NCBI GenBank assembly: GCA_963796965.1
Contig: CAWCNS010000007.1
Span: 128,001-192,000, forward strand
Direction of reading: 5' to 3'
DNA: 64,000 nt
Origin: Calditrichia bacterium
GTDB lineage: Bacteria; Calditrichota; Calditrichia; JAJRVZ01
Notes under the pieces: generated by a model
What the model saw: the letters and a program-made list of their open reading frames with translations, nothing else
Database searches by the model: none
What the model was told of the DNA's origin: nothing
Shown: positions 61,883 through 64,000 of the stretch, one piece after another
Numbering within the stretch: position 1 is the stretch's first letter
Layout: every line of letters begins with the position of its first letter
Translations under genes and position numbers: made by a program

Positions 61883-64000
61883 GTGAAATGTCCTAATTGT
61901 AATTTTGAAAGTCCGGATCAGTTCAAGTTTTGTGGTGAATGTGGAACGAAAATTGTGAATATTCTACCTGAACCGGTTATCTCTTCTGATAAACCAGATA
62001 TATCATCCTTTGCCTCTGCGGAATTTCATCCTTCTGATGCAGAGCGTCGTCATATCACAGTGATGTTCTGTGATTTAGTGGGATCAACACAATTATCCGA
62101 GCAACTCGATCCTGAGGATTTTCGCCAAATATTGCATGTTTATCAGGATACCTGTGTATACGTGGTTAACCAATTTGAAGGACATATCGCTCAGTATCTT
62201 GGAGATGGTGTGCTGATCTACTTTGGCTATCCGGAAGCACATGAGGATGATGCTCAGCGTGCCATTCGTTGTGGATTGGAAATCTTAAGTGAGTTAGAGC
62301 GATTGAATGAGTTACAAACGCAATTTAAAGGAATTACGTTGGCTGTAAGGATTGGTATCCACACGGGCCTGGTTGTTGTTGGAGAAATGAGTAGGGATAA
62401 AACCCATGGACGCCTGGCTTTAGGCAATACACCAAATATTGCTGCCCGCCTGCAAGCCCTGGCCGATCCGAACACGATTGTAATCAGTCAAGAAACCTAT
62501 CGTTTAGTTAACAACTTCTTTGATTGCCAACCCCTGGGTACTTATACGTTAAAGGGTGTCTCCCACAAGAAGAAAATTTTAAAGGTTATTAAGGAAATTG
62601 AAGCAGCATATAGCTTCAAAGACAATCAGCACAACTGGAATGACCTCTTTTGTCGGGAGAGAAAATGAGATCCAAAATTTGCTGGCCACCTGGGAAAATG
62701 TTAAAGAAAATAATGGTAATGTGGCTTTAATCACAGGTGAGCCTGGTATTGGAAAAACCCGGCTTCTCCGGTTTTTTGAAGAGAGGATAAAAGATGAACC
62801 ACATACCTGGTTAGTATGTCGCTGTATTTCCTATTATAAAAATAGTGCTTTTTATCCAATCATAAACTTGATTAATTCTCAATTAAGATTTGGAAAAAAT
62901 GAATCAATTGAGGATAAACTTAAAAAACTGGAGGAAGCACTCTCTAATTTCGATTTTGATTTAAAAGAGACATTACCGATTATAGCTTCGTTGCTATCAA
63001 TTCCCATTACAAAGCCCGATCAGACATTACTTGTAACGCCAGAAAAGCAAAAAGAAAAAACGATCCAAGTCCTTTTGGAATGGTTAATAAAATCGGCAAA
63101 AAGGAATCCCTTGTTGTTTGTCATTGAAGATGTACATTGGGCCGATTCATCTACATTGGAACATCTTACCTTATTAATGGAAAAAATTGAAAAGGCACCG
63201 ATTCTGATAATTCTCACTTCTCATCCACGGTTTAATCCACCCCTGAGCGAAAAATCCAGATTGACAGAGATCTCTCTTAATCGATTGACCAGGAAACAGA
63301 TCGAACATATGGTGCAGGAAGTCACAGGTGGTAAAATTATGTCTCCTGAGGTATTAAATCTTCTAGTGATGAAGACGGATGGTGTTCCTCTTTTTGTTGA
63401 GGAATTGGTTAAAATGTTGGTTGAATCAAATCTTCTTGTTGAAAAAGAAAATCGATATGATTTTAAAGAAACACTTCTCAAGCCAGCAATTCCTGATACC
63501 TTGCAGGATACATTAATGGCTCGTCTCGATCAGTTGGGTGCGGAAAGAGAAGTTGTTCAATTAGCTGCTGTTGTCGGAAGAGAATTTTCATATGAATTAA
63601 TTCGGTCTGTGACTTCCCTGGATGAGCCGATTCTTAAAAAAGAATTAAAGAGTCTGGTGGAAGCCGATATCCTGGAAATAAAAGAGGACGCCAGACATAA
63701 AATATATATATTCCGACAAGTTTTGATCCAGGATGCAGCATATAATTCGATATTAAATAGCATGCGGCGAGATCTGCATAAAAAAATAGCTTATGTTTTA
63801 GAGAGAGAGTTCAGAGAATTTGTAAAGACGCATCCACAGATTGTTGCCTACCATTATACTAGAGCAAAGAATTTCACCAGAGCAATAGATTATCTTCTTA
63901 AATCCGGAATATTATTAGTACAACAATCAGCTCATCGTGAGGCAATCAGCCAATTACAAAAAGGTTTGAACCTATTAGAACATATTGCGGATGAAAAAAA
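61883..64000 (+). CDS. Zinc-ribbon + class III adenylate/guanylate cyclase + STAND (AAA_16) ATPase protein; +1 frameshift near 62620; runs off window
   Basis: CPNC..CGECG; VMFCDLVGST, YLGDG, GNTPNIAARLQ. The next frame gives FVGRENE, Walker A GEPGIGKT, IEDVHWAD, DGVPLFVEE, LMARLDQL and stays open to 64000. Confidence 0.88.

Overview
AT-rich genomic DNA from a Gram-negative, carbohydrate-degrading bacterium (lipoproteins, Tat substrates, an outer-membrane beta-barrel). The lineage cannot be fixed from sequence alone. Many genes carry single-base frameshifts that look like long-read consensus errors. (1) 1-11.9 kb is an integrase-less integron-cassette-like region with 4-5 attC sites. It includes a complete PEP carboxylase gene bounded by matching attC core sites, and a non-coding array of ten degenerate palindromes in exact 23-bp register (2449-2678). 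(2) 12.1-27.8 kb is a bacterial microcompartment (BMC) locus of the PVM-like deoxy-sugar type: DeoR, PduL, 3 BMC-H, 4 BMC-P, PduT-type BMC-T, PduS, acylating aldehyde dehydrogenase, class II aldolase, acetate kinase, rhamnulokinase, L-rhamnose isomerase-like protein and an NCS1-like permease. It has no alcohol or lactate dehydrogenase. (3) 27.8-38.7 kb holds mixed accessory genes. (4) 38.9-42.1 kb is a MauG-like di-haem enzyme + Tat metallophosphoesterase + cytochrome c operon with a PerR-like box and a convergent PerR/Fur regulator. (5) 42.6-45.2 kb is a pdaD / deoxyhypusine-synthase-like / speB polyamine operon. (6) 45.2-53.3 kb holds three sulfatases and a GH78 alpha-L-rhamnosidase. (7) 53.3-64 kb holds a flavin oxidoreductase, a CBM9/DUF5916 protein, two copies of a MITE, a DUF1080-PHP fusion and a cyclase-STAND ATPase running off the end. 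Intergenic spaces are dense with several families of palindromic and heptamer repeats. No rRNA, tRNA, CRISPR array, transposase or integrase was recognised.
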